A DNA stretch of 64,000 nucleotides from Bacteroidales bacterium (GTDB lineage Bacteria; Bacteroidota; Bacteroidia; Bacteroidales; P3): NCBI GenBank assembly GCA_031272705.1, contig JAISTG010000076.1:19204-83203 (forward strand). The letters run 5' to 3'. The position numbers and the translations under genes were made by a program. Positions 27,920 to 37,606 of this stretch are shown in pieces (the stretch's first letter is position 1; the number at the start of each line of letters is the position of its first letter). The notes under the pieces are model-generated. The model was given only the letters and a program-made list of their open reading frames with translations. It made no database searches and had not been told where the DNA came from.

Positions 27920-29068
27920 TTAGTATTTCTTGTTTGTTCCATTATTTATGGATATTAAAGTGCCGCTCCGCCTGTCAAATTCAAGATTTTGATCATTGGA
28001 AAGTGTATAATTGACAACACCAAACTGGTTTATATCAATGGTTTTAACTGCATTGATGTCGCCAAAGGCTACTGAAACTTCAACCTTCTCAGGTATTACA
28101 TAATACACACCAACTCCCTTCTTTGCAATATAGTCCTGTGTTTCCTTATTTGTTGTTCTCTGTTGCATTACTGCTGCAAGCGGCTTCAAGGAATTAAGAC
28201 AATGAAGATTGGCAATGATTGTTCCATAATCTATTTTTGCAGGACTGTCGGGCGTATATGGTATTTTCTTAATCCCTTCCTTCTCATTAAAAGTACAGAG
28301 CGGAATAAGCAAGTCCTCTTCGGTAATAATAGGTTTTTCAGGCACTATTTTAATATACACAACTTCTGATTCCTTTTGTTCAACACCTGCAAACATAGCA
28401 ACATAACCATTGATTATTTCGTCAAGTTGCTTATACATAAAATCTATTGTAGTGTTAAGGTACGTACCATCAACTCCTTCGGCAAGCATTTTAATCTGTT
28501 CTTCTCTCAAAGTCTTAATCCGTTCAACTGCTTTTTCGGCTGTAAGGGACGCAACAGGCTCTAACATTCCTTTTTCTAAAAAACGTTTTTCATAAATAGG
28601 CACCGGCTGCAGGCTTGTGAGATTTCCCTCCTCACGTTTCATTACATTACGTGGATGTTGCTGTGGTTTAGTCTCTTTTTCCGCACTTTGATTTCTGATA
28701 TAACCTGTTTGAATACTTTTTAAAGCACCGAAAGAATTTCTTTCTACACTGACTGCGCCGTCTATTTCAAGCATATACATTGCTCCTGCAACGGGTTGTG
28801 ATGTCAAAGTAATGTTTCGGATTGTGTAAATAGTATCATCGCTCATTGGAACATTCTTTAAACCAAGCAAATATGCCGATTGTGCAAATATGCCCTTATG
28901 ACGGATATTCTTTTCCAACGTTACGGCAAACACAAGTTCCGTTTGAGGTAAGGTATAAAAGATTCCATTGCTTTTATCGTTTATTTTGTCCAATGGGAAT
29001 GAACGATAGGTTTGTGCCTGTGATGTTATACACAGTGCGATTGCTGCTATAAAAATATATATTCTCAT
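27920..29068 (-). CDS. secreted hypothetical protein (possibly DUF4831 family)
   Basis: 382 aa with a signal peptide ending SQAQ. The GIFYTLPQTELVFAVTLEK start resembles DUF4831 members as I recall them. Sits 1 nt after the upstream ORF. Confidence 0.4.
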   Translation of the reverse strand: MRIYIFIAAIALCITSQAQTYRSFPLDKINDKSNGIFYTLPQTELVFAVTLEKNIRHKGIFAQSAYLLGLKNVPMSDDTIYTIRNITLTSQPVAGAMYMLEIDGAVSVERNSFGALKSIQTGYIRNQSAEKETKPQQHPRNVMKREEGNLTSLQPVPIYEKRFLEKGMLEPVASLTAEKAVERIKTLREEQIKMLAEGVDGTYLNTTIDFMYKQLDEIINGYVAMFAGVEQKESEVVYIKIVPEKPIITEEDLLIPLCTFNEKEGIKKIPYTPDSPAKIDYGTIIANLHCLNSLKPLAAVMQQRTTNKETQDYIAKKGVGVYYVIPEKVEVSVAFGDINAVKTIDINQFGVVNYTLSNDQNLEFDRRSGTLISINNGTNKKY

Positions 29069-29069
29069 T

Positions 29070-30872
29070 TTATTTTATTTTTTTTATTCCTAATACTCCT
29101 TGTTTGCCGCTATTGCGAATTATAACGTACTCTTTATTGACGGAATAACTCAAAGAAATCAATCCTGCCGTACTTCCAAGCAGCGAAACTAACTTATCTT
29201 TGCATTCAAGTATTGTTTCGAGTTCGTTAAAAGCCTTATCAATTATCACAACCTTTGTTCCGATAACCACAACTGCATATCCATCAAAGAAATAGGTCGC
29301 AAAATCATAATACTTATCCGTTTTGGGTTGATAGGTCTTGTCATCAACGTATGTCCAGCCCTTTTTATCCTCCACAGGCAGCATTCCTTCTTTCGGATAA
29401 CCTATTACAAGAAATGTAGGCGGTATTACCTGACCATTCAAATAAAGTCTCTCCTTCTTTTTATTAACATTGTATTCAATATAACTGCTTGCTGCCAACA
29501 CGTCATTACATTTCGCAAAATCAATTATTTCATTGGTAGCCTTCAAAAGAACAGATTTTTTCTTATTGCCAACAAATACGGCATAGGATTTATTATCTGC
29601 TATCTTAATCTTTTCAAAGGCAGGCTCAATTTCCTGTTTTGTAACCATATTCACTGCTCCCCACTTATCCTTTTGACGAACCGTTAGCCACGAACCAACA
29701 ACCGAATAAACCTCATTGTATTTCGGCTCAATAACAACATTAAACTGCTCGTCCAAAACACCATACATAAAATCCTTTTCAACTATCAGTCTGTAACCTG
29801 CTTCTGTGGCTACTATATCCATAACGTTCGTATTTACAAGATACGAAGCCCCTCCGTCAGCACCGAATTTACGTCCGTTGGCATACTGAATGGTCGTTGT
29901 ACTGCCGTTTTTTGCAATAAAGAAAGTATCTTTGCTTATTATAATACGCACATCGTTAAACACAGGTTGAAGATACATCAAATAAGAAGAGTCTTTACGG
30001 GCAATGATTCCGCAGTATGAATCCTGCGTAACCTTAAAGAAATCGGGCAAAACAGTAGATTCCGCCACCTGATACAAAGCATCAACTATCATCTTGCCGT
30101 TTCCGTCAAACAGAGCCTGCAATCCGTTTTTTAGATACGCCTTCAAGTATTGCAGATTGTTCTTTGAATATGCCTGAAAATCAACAAAGCGAGCCTCAGT
30201 TAAAATTTCGCCTTTGTCATTCAGCAATCCGTAAAGCAAATCCCCGTTAAACTGCCGCACTGTATAGGAAAACAGCGTTGGAATAAGCATTTCAATCTTT
30301 ATATTGCCGGGTTTATAAGTTACATTGCCCATTGCATCGGTCATACCATAGCCTTCGCCCTGCTTTATCACTACTGCGTTACCCGTTCTGCTTACAAGCG
30401 TAACGCTATCTCCCAGAAGAGTTTGTCCTTCGTTATTTATAAGTTTGTAAGTCTTTGTTTGCCTGTCATAAACCACACATCCGCCATTGATAAACGTGTT
30501 TATAAGGTAATTATCTACTATTTCAGTATCGTTGGAAGGTGCATAACGAGGCGTAATTCGCACATTCCCTGTAGTATCTGCAAATCCTGTCAATCCGTTT
30601 TCAACAAAGGAAATCATATCATCTCCCAATGCATCAATAGCATCATATTTACACGGAAGGATAGTACGATTCTCTTTCACAACACCCCATTTGTTGCCAT
30701 TGCGAACAGCAAAAAATGAGCCGTTAAGAGAATATACCTCATCATATTCAAGATTTATTTTCCAGTAAAAAGGTGTCCCGTTGAGGCTTTGGCTCTTTGC
30801 CTGATTGGAAAACCCCAAGAACATTGCCAATGCAACTATTGTCAATATATTTTTTGTTTTTATCAATGTCAT
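29070..30872 (-). CDS. WG-repeat (KWG) containing protein, secreted
   Basis: ORF trimmed to MTLIKTKNILTIVALAMFLGF, after a TAtcTTTG box. Repeated motifs NGNKWGVVKENRTILPCKYDAI and QKDKWGAVNMVTKQEIEPAFEKI. Confidence 0.65.
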   Translation of the reverse strand: MTLIKTKNILTIVALAMFLGFSNQAKSQSLNGTPFYWKINLEYDEVYSLNGSFFAVRNGNKWGVVKENRTILPCKYDAIDALGDDMISFVENGLTGFADTTGNVRITPRYAPSNDTEIVDNYLINTFINGGCVVYDRQTKTYKLINNEGQTLLGDSVTLVSRTGNAVVIKQGEGYGMTDAMGNVTYKPGNIKIEMLIPTLFSYTVRQFNGDLLYGLLNDKGEILTEARFVDFQAYSKNNLQYLKAYLKNGLQALFDGNGKMIVDALYQVAESTVLPDFFKVTQDSYCGIIARKDSSYLMYLQPVFNDVRIIISKDTFFIAKNGSTTTIQYANGRKFGADGGASYLVNTNVMDIVATEAGYRLIVEKDFMYGVLDEQFNVVIEPKYNEVYSVVGSWLTVRQKDKWGAVNMVTKQEIEPAFEKIKIADNKSYAVFVGNKKKSVLLKATNEIIDFAKCNDVLAASSYIEYNVNKKKERLYLNGQVIPPTFLVIGYPKEGMLPVEDKKGWTYVDDKTYQPKTDKYYDFATYFFDGYAVVVIGTKVVIIDKAFNELETILECKDKLVSLLGSTAGLISLSYSVNKEYVIIRNSGKQGVLGIKKIK

Positions 30873-30897
30873 AATACAATATGATTTTATCAGGCGG

Positions 30898-30905
30898 CAA
30901 AGATA
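30898..30905 (-). promoter_or_regulatory. -7 promoter box TAtcTTTG
   Basis: Lies 26 nt upstream of the ATG at 30872. Confidence 0.55.
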
Positions 30906-30953
30906 CAACTTTTTTTTGAAACAAAAACAAACTGATACTTAATACCATATTAC

Positions 30954-31052
30954 CGTAATTTGATTATAGAAAATTAGAATCAAATTACAGCGTGCTAGAA
31001 TCAAATTATAGAACGCCGGAATTTGATTTCAGGAATACAGAATCAAGTTTCA
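30954..31052. repeat. 21-bp-phased AAT-CAA-ATT module array, locus E (5 modules)
   Basis: Cores at 30957(-), 30978(+), 30999(+), 31020(-) and 31041(+, AATCAAGTT). Confidence 0.9.
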
Positions 31053-31146
31053 GAAAATCATAATAGCATTTTACCTGCTTGAATACAAAAAAAGAGGACT
31101 TGCAAATTTGCAAATCCTCTTACATATGAATGGTTTAGAGTATTAT

Positions 31147-33864
31147 TTATTTATTCTCTGCCTCTATTGCAGCCTGAGCCGCCGCCAGACGTGCAACAGG
31201 AACGCGGAAAGGCGAGCAAGAGACATAATTCATTCCCGTTTGGAAGAAGAATTTCACCGATTCAGGGTCGCCACCGTGTTCTCCACAAACGCCGATTTTG
31301 AGTTTGCGTTTTTGCTTGCGTCCTTTTGTTACGCCCATTTCAACCAATTTGCCAACGCCATCAACGTCTATGGTTTGGAAAGGGTCATGTTTAAGGATAT
31401 TTGTTTCTTTGTAAGTGCTGATAATGGCATTTACGTCATCGCGAGAGAAACCAAAAGTCATTTGAGTCAAGTCGTTAGTTCCAAAAGAAAAGAAATCGGC
31501 TACCGAAGCAATCTCATCAGCAACTATAGTGGCTCTTGGGACTTCTATCATCGTTCCGTAAGTGTATGGAATTTTGACATTAAACACCTGTTCCACTTCT
31601 TTGTGAATACGATCGCATATTTCCTTTTGATGCTTTAACTCTTTTACGGAAATGGTTAGCGGTATCATAATTTCCAAATGAGGTTTTTTGCCCATGTTAA
31701 TCAAACGTGCTGCCGCTTCAAACAAGGCTTCGCATTGTATTTCGGTAATTTCCGGATACAGAATGCCTAAACGCACACCACGCAATCCCATCATAGGATT
31801 TACTTCCTCTATTTCCTCAGCCTTTTTTATCACTTCCTCTTCGCTAATGCCCAACTGAACAGCCGCAGCCTTTATATCCTCTTCTTTCTTCGGCATAAAC
31901 TCATGCAAAGGAGGGTCTATTAAACGGAATGTAACAGGCTTTCCGTCCATTACTTCCATAGTTTCCTTTACTGAATTCATAATGTGTGGTTTCAATGCCG
32001 TGAGATAACGTTTTCTTGCTTCAACATTATCTTTTGAAAGAATCATATTGCGCAGTATTCTCAACGGTTCTTCGCTGTTTTCGCCGTAGAACATGTGTTC
32101 TATGCGGAAAAGACCAATGCCTTCCGCCCCAAACTTCAATGCCTGTTCTGCATCCGCCGGTGTATCTGCATTAGTGCGGACACCCATAGTGCGATATTTC
32201 TCAACCAAAGTCATAAAATTGCTGTATAGAGTGCTTTCACTGGCTTCTATTTTCTTTACTCCCGAAGCATAAACAAAGCCTTTCGTGCCGTTAAGACTGA
32301 ATACATCCCCTTCGTTGTAGGTTATTCCGTCAATGGTTATTGATTTGTCGCCGATATGTAACGCATCGCAACCTACAATACAGCATTTTCCCCAGCCTCT
32401 TGCAACCAATGCGGCATGGGAAGTCATACCTCCGCGTGCTGTAAGAATACCTGCGGCTGCTCTCATACCTTCTACGTCCTCAGGATTTGTCTCCTCACGA
32501 ACGAGAATGCAGTCAATACCTTCGGCAGCAAGCCTTTTGGCATCTTCAACGTTTAATACTATCTTTCCAACTGCTCCTCCCGGACCTGCAGGTAAGCCTT
32601 TTGCAACAACCTTATGGTTCTTTTCGTCTTCGGAATCAAGAATTGGATGCAGAAATTCGTCGAGTTGTTCGCCCGAAACACGCATTACGGCTTCCTTTTC
32701 GTCAATCATCTTCTCTTTAAGCATATCAAGAGCCATTGTAACGGCTGCAACACCTGTACGTTTGCCTACTCGACACTGAAGCATATAAAGTTTCTGATGC
32801 TGGATGGTAAATTCTATATCAAGCATATCCTTGAAATTTTTCTCCAAAGTTGCTCTTATATCACACAATTCCTTATATATGGAAGGCATACTTTCTTCCA
32901 AAGATGCCAAATGTTTATTCTGTTCGTTTTTTGTGTCCTTATTTAATGGGTTAGGCGTGCGAATACCAGCCACAACGTCCTCTCCCTGTGCGTTAATTAA
33001 CCATTCACCATAGAAAAGGTTCTCTCCCGTAGCAGGGTTACGTGTAAAGGCAACGCCGGTAGCAGAATCATCACCCATATTTCCAAATACCATAGCCTGT
33101 ACATTAACAGCCGTTCCCCAGTCTTCAGGTATGCCTTCAATCTTACGGTACGATACTGCCTTTTTCCCATTCCATGATTTGAATACAGCCATAATTCCTC
33201 CCTCCAACTGCTCAACAGCATTATCTGGAAATTCTTTTCCGAGAACATCCTTTACCGTTTTCTTAAATTCTTCCGAAAGAAACTGCAAGTCTTTTTCCGT
33301 AAGGTCGGTATCGGATTTATAATTCTTTTCTTTTTTGTATTCGTCGAGTTTGTCATCAAGGATTTTTCTTATGCCTTTTCCGTCTTTTGTTTCTACGCCT
33401 TCCGCTTTTTCCATAACCACATCGGCATACATCATTATCAACCTACGATAAGAATCATAGACAAAGCGTGGATTATTGGTCTTTTTTATCAATCCGTCGA
33501 TGGTTTCGCTGCACAAACCGATATTCAACACCGTATCCATCATACCGGGCATTGACTTCCTTGCTCCCGAACGGCAGGAAACTAACAACGGATTTTTCGC
33601 ATCACCATACTTCATACCCATTGCGTCTTCTACCTTACGCATTGCACCCCATACTTCTTCCATTAAGCCGTTTGGCAGTTGCTCATTATTGGCGTAATAA
33701 TCCGTGCAGCACTCCGTAGTGATGGTTAAACCTGCCGGAACAGGCAATCCTAACAAACACATTTCTGCTAAATTAGCACCCTTTCCGCCGAGAAGATTTT
33801 TCATATCGGCTTTACCTTCGGCTGTTTTGCCGCCAAAGGCATAAACATATTTCTTTTTGTTCAT
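31147..33864 (-). CDS. ppdK: pyruvate, phosphate dikinase
   Basis: ORF trimmed to MNKKKYVYAFGG...GKGANLAEM. Phospho-His region GGMTSHAALVARG and a C-terminal PEP-utilising TIM barrel (CGEHGGDP). Confidence 0.95.
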   Translation of the reverse strand: MNKKKYVYAFGGKTAEGKADMKNLLGGKGANLAEMCLLGLPVPAGLTITTECCTDYYANNEQLPNGLMEEVWGAMRKVEDAMGMKYGDAKNPLLVSCRSGARKSMPGMMDTVLNIGLCSETIDGLIKKTNNPRFVYDSYRRLIMMYADVVMEKAEGVETKDGKGIRKILDDKLDEYKKEKNYKSDTDLTEKDLQFLSEEFKKTVKDVLGKEFPDNAVEQLEGGIMAVFKSWNGKKAVSYRKIEGIPEDWGTAVNVQAMVFGNMGDDSATGVAFTRNPATGENLFYGEWLINAQGEDVVAGIRTPNPLNKDTKNEQNKHLASLEESMPSIYKELCDIRATLEKNFKDMLDIEFTIQHQKLYMLQCRVGKRTGVAAVTMALDMLKEKMIDEKEAVMRVSGEQLDEFLHPILDSEDEKNHKVVAKGLPAGPGGAVGKIVLNVEDAKRLAAEGIDCILVREETNPEDVEGMRAAAGILTARGGMTSHAALVARGWGKCCIVGCDALHIGDKSITIDGITYNEGDVFSLNGTKGFVYASGVKKIEASESTLYSNFMTLVEKYRTMGVRTNADTPADAEQALKFGAEGIGLFRIEHMFYGENSEEPLRILRNMILSKDNVEARKRYLTALKPHIMNSVKETMEVMDGKPVTFRLIDPPLHEFMPKKEEDIKAAAVQLGISEEEVIKKAEEIEEVNPMMGLRGVRLGILYPEITEIQCEALFEAAARLINMGKKPHLEIMIPLTISVKELKHQKEICDRIHKEVEQVFNVKIPYTYGTMIEVPRATIVADEIASVADFFSFGTNDLTQMTFGFSRDDVNAIISTYKETNILKHDPFQTIDVDGVGKLVEMGVTKGRKQKRKLKIGVCGEHGGDPESVKFFFQTGMNYVSCSPFRVPVARLAAAQAAIEAENK

Positions 33865-33918
33865 CTTAGTATATATTAAATATTGAAATAACGTAATAAT
33901 TTTGCTCAAAAGAGCGTG

Positions 33919-33926
33919 CAAAAATA
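33919..33926 (-). promoter_or_regulatory. -7 promoter box TAttTTTG
   Basis: Lies 55 nt upstream of the ppdK ATG at 33864 and inside the hydrophobic ORF-track extension. Confidence 0.45.
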
Positions 33927-34158
33927 CGAAAAAAAAACATAATACAATCCAAAAAAAAGCAAATAATTTTTCCAACTAATCTCTCTGACTTGTCAAGGCT
34001 TATCAAACAACCATAAATTACCCATCCGCCAAACTTTTTCGGAGCTAAGGAAAAACTACGGCGGGATTACGGAAAAGTTTGAGAGACCTCCCTATCTTGC
34101 GGATAAACCAAAAAAATTACGAAAAAGAAATAAAATTAACAATTATTAAAATTTATAT

Positions 34159-34166
34159 TATCTTTG
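34159..34166 (+). promoter_or_regulatory. -7 promoter box TAtcTTTG
   Basis: Lies 29 nt upstream of the ATG at 34195. Confidence 0.55.
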
Positions 34167-34194
34167 CAGCCGTAAATTTTTAATAAAAAAGTAT

Positions 34195-35304
34195 ATGTAT
34201 TGGTTTTTTGTACTTTTGTTATCATTCTGTATTGTTATTCTGCTTATGCCTACGTTTATAAAGCAAATGGAGAAGCATAGAATTTTAGACGCAGCGGGCG
34301 GACGCAAAATCCACAGCGGATATACTGCACATATGGGAGGCGTTGTGATTTTTATTGGATTTTTGTGTGGTTTCTGTTTCTCTCTAACAGGCATACGAGA
34401 AGAGATTAGTCCGTTATATATTGTCTCTCTGCTCGTACTTTTAGGGTTTGTTATGGTTATCGGAATAAACGATGATATGAATTCTCTTTCGCCTGTGCGT
34501 AAATTGATCTTTGAAATAGTTGTTTCGTTATGCCTTTGTGCCTTGGGAATAAGACTGAAAAGTTTTGGAGGTTTCCTTGGCATTCATACATTACCCGTAT
34601 GGATAAGTTATGGTTTAACAACATTTTTCTTTATCGTTGTAAGCAATGCATATAATCTCATAGATGGAATAGACGGACAGGCGGCATTGCAGGCATTAGC
34701 GGCACTTGGCGGTATTGCTTTTTTTCTCTGGCAGTTTATACCCGTTGAAATGCGTATAGTGGAAGGCTTGAACAATCCTATGTTATGGCTAATGCTTATT
34801 GCTTCTGCGATGGGAGGAATTGTTGGATTTCTGCTTTATAACTGGCAAAAGGCAAGAATTTTTATGGGAGATACGGGAAGCATATTCATAGGTTTTATTA
34901 TAGGAATGGCAATTATCGTTTGTATGAATCTAAATGTAGAAGGGGATGCACAAGTATGGAATTACAAAATTCAAAGTAATCTTGGAGTAATACTGTGTGC
35001 TTTTTTCCTGCCGTTAGCCGACACTTTGAGAGTATTTATACTAAGAGTCCGTAAGGGGAAATCACCTCTTTATCCCGATAAAACTCATATACATCATTTG
35101 CTGTTAAGAATAAATGGTTTTTCTCATGCGAAATGTGCTTTAACTCTCTTTTTTCTACAGGTAGGAATAATGCTTGTGATGTTTTTTCTTTCTCTTTTCT
35201 TTAACGATAACATCTTTGCAATCATTATTTTCTTTGCATGGGTGCTTTATGTTGCCTTTGTACAGATTATTGCCAGAATAAAATTAAAACATATCACCAA
35301 ATAA
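34195..35304 (+). CDS. glycosyltransferase family 4 (MraY/WecA-like undecaprenyl-phosphate sugar-1-phosphate transferase)
   Basis: 369 aa and polytopic. NAYNLIDGIDGQA and FMGDTGS motifs present. Confidence 0.8.
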   Translation: MYWFFVLLLSFCIVILLMPTFIKQMEKHRILDAAGGRKIHSGYTAHMGGVVIFIGFLCGFCFSLTGIREEISPLYIVSLLVLLGFVMVIGINDDMNSLSPVRKLIFEIVVSLCLCALGIRLKSFGGFLGIHTLPVWISYGLTTFFFIVVSNAYNLIDGIDGQAALQALAALGGIAFFLWQFIPVEMRIVEGLNNPMLWLMLIASAMGGIVGFLLYNWQKARIFMGDTGSIFIGFIIGMAIIVCMNLNVEGDAQVWNYKIQSNLGVILCAFFLPLADTLRVFILRVRKGKSPLYPDKTHIHHLLLRINGFSHAKCALTLFFLQVGIMLVMFFLSLFFNDNIFAIIIFFAWVLYVAFVQIIARIKLKHITK

Positions 35305-35314
35305 ATATACACAT

Positions 35315-35986
35315 ATGACTGAACAGGAATATATTATAAGATTTGAAAATGCTACTCTTGCAAATGAAAACTTTACTCTCAAGGATATAAATCTCCAAAT
35401 CAGAAAAGGAGAATTTACATATCTGATTGGTAAAACAGGAACGGGCAAAAGTACTTTGTTAAGAGCCATTTATGCCGATATTCCCTTACAGGAGGGTGCT
35501 GCGGAGGTCTGTGGTTACAACATAACCAAAATCAAAAAACGCAATATAGCAATGTTGCGGCGTCATTTGGGCATTGTGTTTCAGGACTTCCAGTTATTGC
35601 AGGACAGGAGCGTATTTGACAACATTGCTTTTGTGCTTCGGGCTACGGGTTGGAAGAATAAACAGGCTATAAATGAGAGAGTAATGCGTGTTTTGGAAGA
35701 AGTAGGACTGGCAGATAAAGTTTCCACGAAGATATTTAAGTTAAGCGAGGGAGAGCGTCAGCGTATCGGAATAGCAAGAGCATTAGCCAATGAACCTGAA
35801 CTAATTATAGCCGATGAGCCAACGGGCAATCTTGACCCCATAACAAGCGAACAGATTATCCGATTGCTGATGGACATTTGCGAAAAGAAGGAAACAACCA
35901 TTCTTATCGCCACTCACGACTACGTTATGATAGATAAATATCGCGCCCGCATAATTGCAATAGAGGACGGCAAGGTTGTAGGATAA
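35315..35986 (+). CDS. ftsE: cell division ATP-binding protein FtsE-like ABC ATPase
   Basis: Walker A GKTGTGKST, signature LSEGERQR, Walker B LIIADEPTGNLD. The 223-aa length is typical of FtsE. Confidence 0.75.
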   Translation: MTEQEYIIRFENATLANENFTLKDINLQIRKGEFTYLIGKTGTGKSTLLRAIYADIPLQEGAAEVCGYNITKIKKRNIAMLRRHLGIVFQDFQLLQDRSVFDNIAFVLRATGWKNKQAINERVMRVLEEVGLADKVSTKIFKLSEGERQRIGIARALANEPELIIADEPTGNLDPITSEQIIRLLMDICEKKETTILIATHDYVMIDKYRARIIAIEDGKVVG

Positions 35987-36007
35987 GAAAACATCATTTG
36001 ATTTTCA

Positions 36008-36148
36008 GGCGATTAGATTTCACCAAACTGAAATCAAATTACAGAATTCTAGAATCAAATTCTAGCGTTCTATAATTTGATTCTAGCACGCCGTAATTTG
36101 ATTCTAATTTTCTATAATCAAATTCTAATAATTTAGAGTCAAGTTTCC
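36008..36148. repeat. 21-bp-phased AAT-CAA-ATT module array, locus F (7 modules)
   Basis: Cores at 36011 (GATTAGATT, -), 36032(+), 36053(+), 36074(-), 36095(-), 36116(+) and 36137 (AGTCAAGTT). Confidence 0.9.
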
Positions 36149-36196
36149 GTAATCAGTTGTCAAATCAGACACCTTTTAATTCCAATTCCGCACCGA

Positions 36197-37606
36197 TTAA
36201 AAGCGAAAATAGATGAACGGATTAAAATCCGAAGCAATTATATGTGAGGTACTTATCACAAAAAGCAAAATAAAACACACGAAAAGTATGATATGTTGCC
36301 ACGTTTTATAATTCTCTCTGCAGAAAAAGAAATTTTGTATTTTTTGACCAAAGTTCCAGTATGGTAAAATGCTGAAAATAACCGCCGGAATTAACATCGG
36401 GAAAAATATGGGTTTGATTAGAGTTTCGGTATTTTGGGAAAAATCAAATAGATGCAGGAAATAGGTTGTTAATTGCCCAATGTCCTCTATTACAAAGATT
36501 AACCAGCCAAACATAACTATGATAAACGTAATTAAAATGGATATTGGTCGCCATAATCTGTTCAATAATTTCAACAGAAAGACCCTGTCAAGTATCAAAA
36601 ACAAACCGTGAAATGCTCCCCAAAAGATAAAATTCCACGCAGCCCCGTGCCATAAGCCCGAAAGCAAAAAACATAAACCCAGATTGAAATAGAGACGGTG
36701 TTTTGTTTTAACCCGATTTCCTCCAAGTGGGATGTACAGATAGTCTTTAATGAAAGACGAAAGCGAAATGTGCCATCGTTTCCAGAAGTCTGTGATTGAG
36801 GTTGATATATACGGATTTTTGAAGTTTTCAGGGTAGTGAAAGCCCATCATTTGCCCAAGTCCGATAGCCATATCGCTGTAACCGCTGAAATCAAAGTAGA
36901 TTTGGAAGGTGTAGGCTATCATTCCCATCCACGCAGACGCAGCATTGAGAGTTTGAAAGTCGGCTTCAAAGACCAAATTTGCCTCTTGAGCCATTGCATT
37001 TGCGATAAGAACTTTTTTAGCCAAGCCTATAGAAAATTTATAAAAGCCAATGAGTTTGTTATCAAAGGAATCGTTACGCTCAATCAGTTCATCGGCAATC
37101 GTTCCAAAGCGAACAATCGGTCCGGCTATCATTTGGGGAAACGCAATTATGTAAATAACATAGTCGGACAAACGTTTGAGTCGCTGATGTGTGCCTCGCC
37201 AAACGTCAATCGTATATGTAATGCTCTGAAAAACAAAGAATGAAATACCTATTGGCAGGGCTATCCGCATAATTTTTGGCATTGTGCCGCCGAAAAGGTG
37301 CATCAAACTGTCGGTTGTATCTATGAAAAAGTTAAAATACTTAAATACAAAAAGCAAACCAAGATTCAAAATTACGGAACAAATCATCAATGTCTTACTT
37401 TTTCTTTTGTCCATTTCGGCAACAAGATAGAAATTGACAATAGTTGTTGCTATAAGCACAAAAATAAATCTTGGTGCTCCCCAAGCATAAAATATCAGAC
37501 TGAATGCTAATAATACGTAATTCCTTGCTTTCTTTGGCATAAGCGAATAGGTCAAAAGAAAGACCGGAAGGAAAAAAAGAACGAATAAACTGCTGCTAAA
37601 TACCAT
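36197..37606 (-). CDS. MBOAT family O-acyltransferase (AlgI/DltB-like)
   Basis: 469 aa and polytopic. Conserved FWRRWH-type motif (DFWKRWHISLSSF) and the LSGLWHGA histidine. Confidence 0.85.
   Translation of the reverse strand: MVFSSSLFVLFFLPVFLLTYSLMPKKARNYVLLAFSLIFYAWGAPRFIFVLIATTIVNFYLVAEMDKRKSKTLMICSVILNLGLLFVFKYFNFFIDTTDSLMHLFGGTMPKIMRIALPIGISFFVFQSITYTIDVWRGTHQRLKRLSDYVIYIIAFPQMIAGPIVRFGTIADELIERNDSFDNKLIGFYKFSIGLAKKVLIANAMAQEANLVFEADFQTLNAASAWMGMIAYTFQIYFDFSGYSDMAIGLGQMMGFHYPENFKNPYISTSITDFWKRWHISLSSFIKDYLYIPLGGNRVKTKHRLYFNLGLCFLLSGLWHGAAWNFIFWGAFHGLFLILDRVFLLKLLNRLWRPISILITFIIVMFGWLIFVIEDIGQLTTYFLHLFDFSQNTETLIKPIFFPMLIPAVIFSILPYWNFGQKIQNFFFCRENYKTWQHIILFVCFILLFVISTSHIIASDFNPFIYFRF

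Noticed and set aside
33865-33975. N-terminal extensions in the ORF track (ppdK 33975, also 479, 4075, 9209, 19995, 30908, 40551)
   Set aside because: In each case a TAnnTTTG box lies inside the extension, and a canonical family N-terminus begins at an internal ATG 20-55 nt downstream of it. Several extensions start at TTG or are hydrophobic read-through of promoter DNA.
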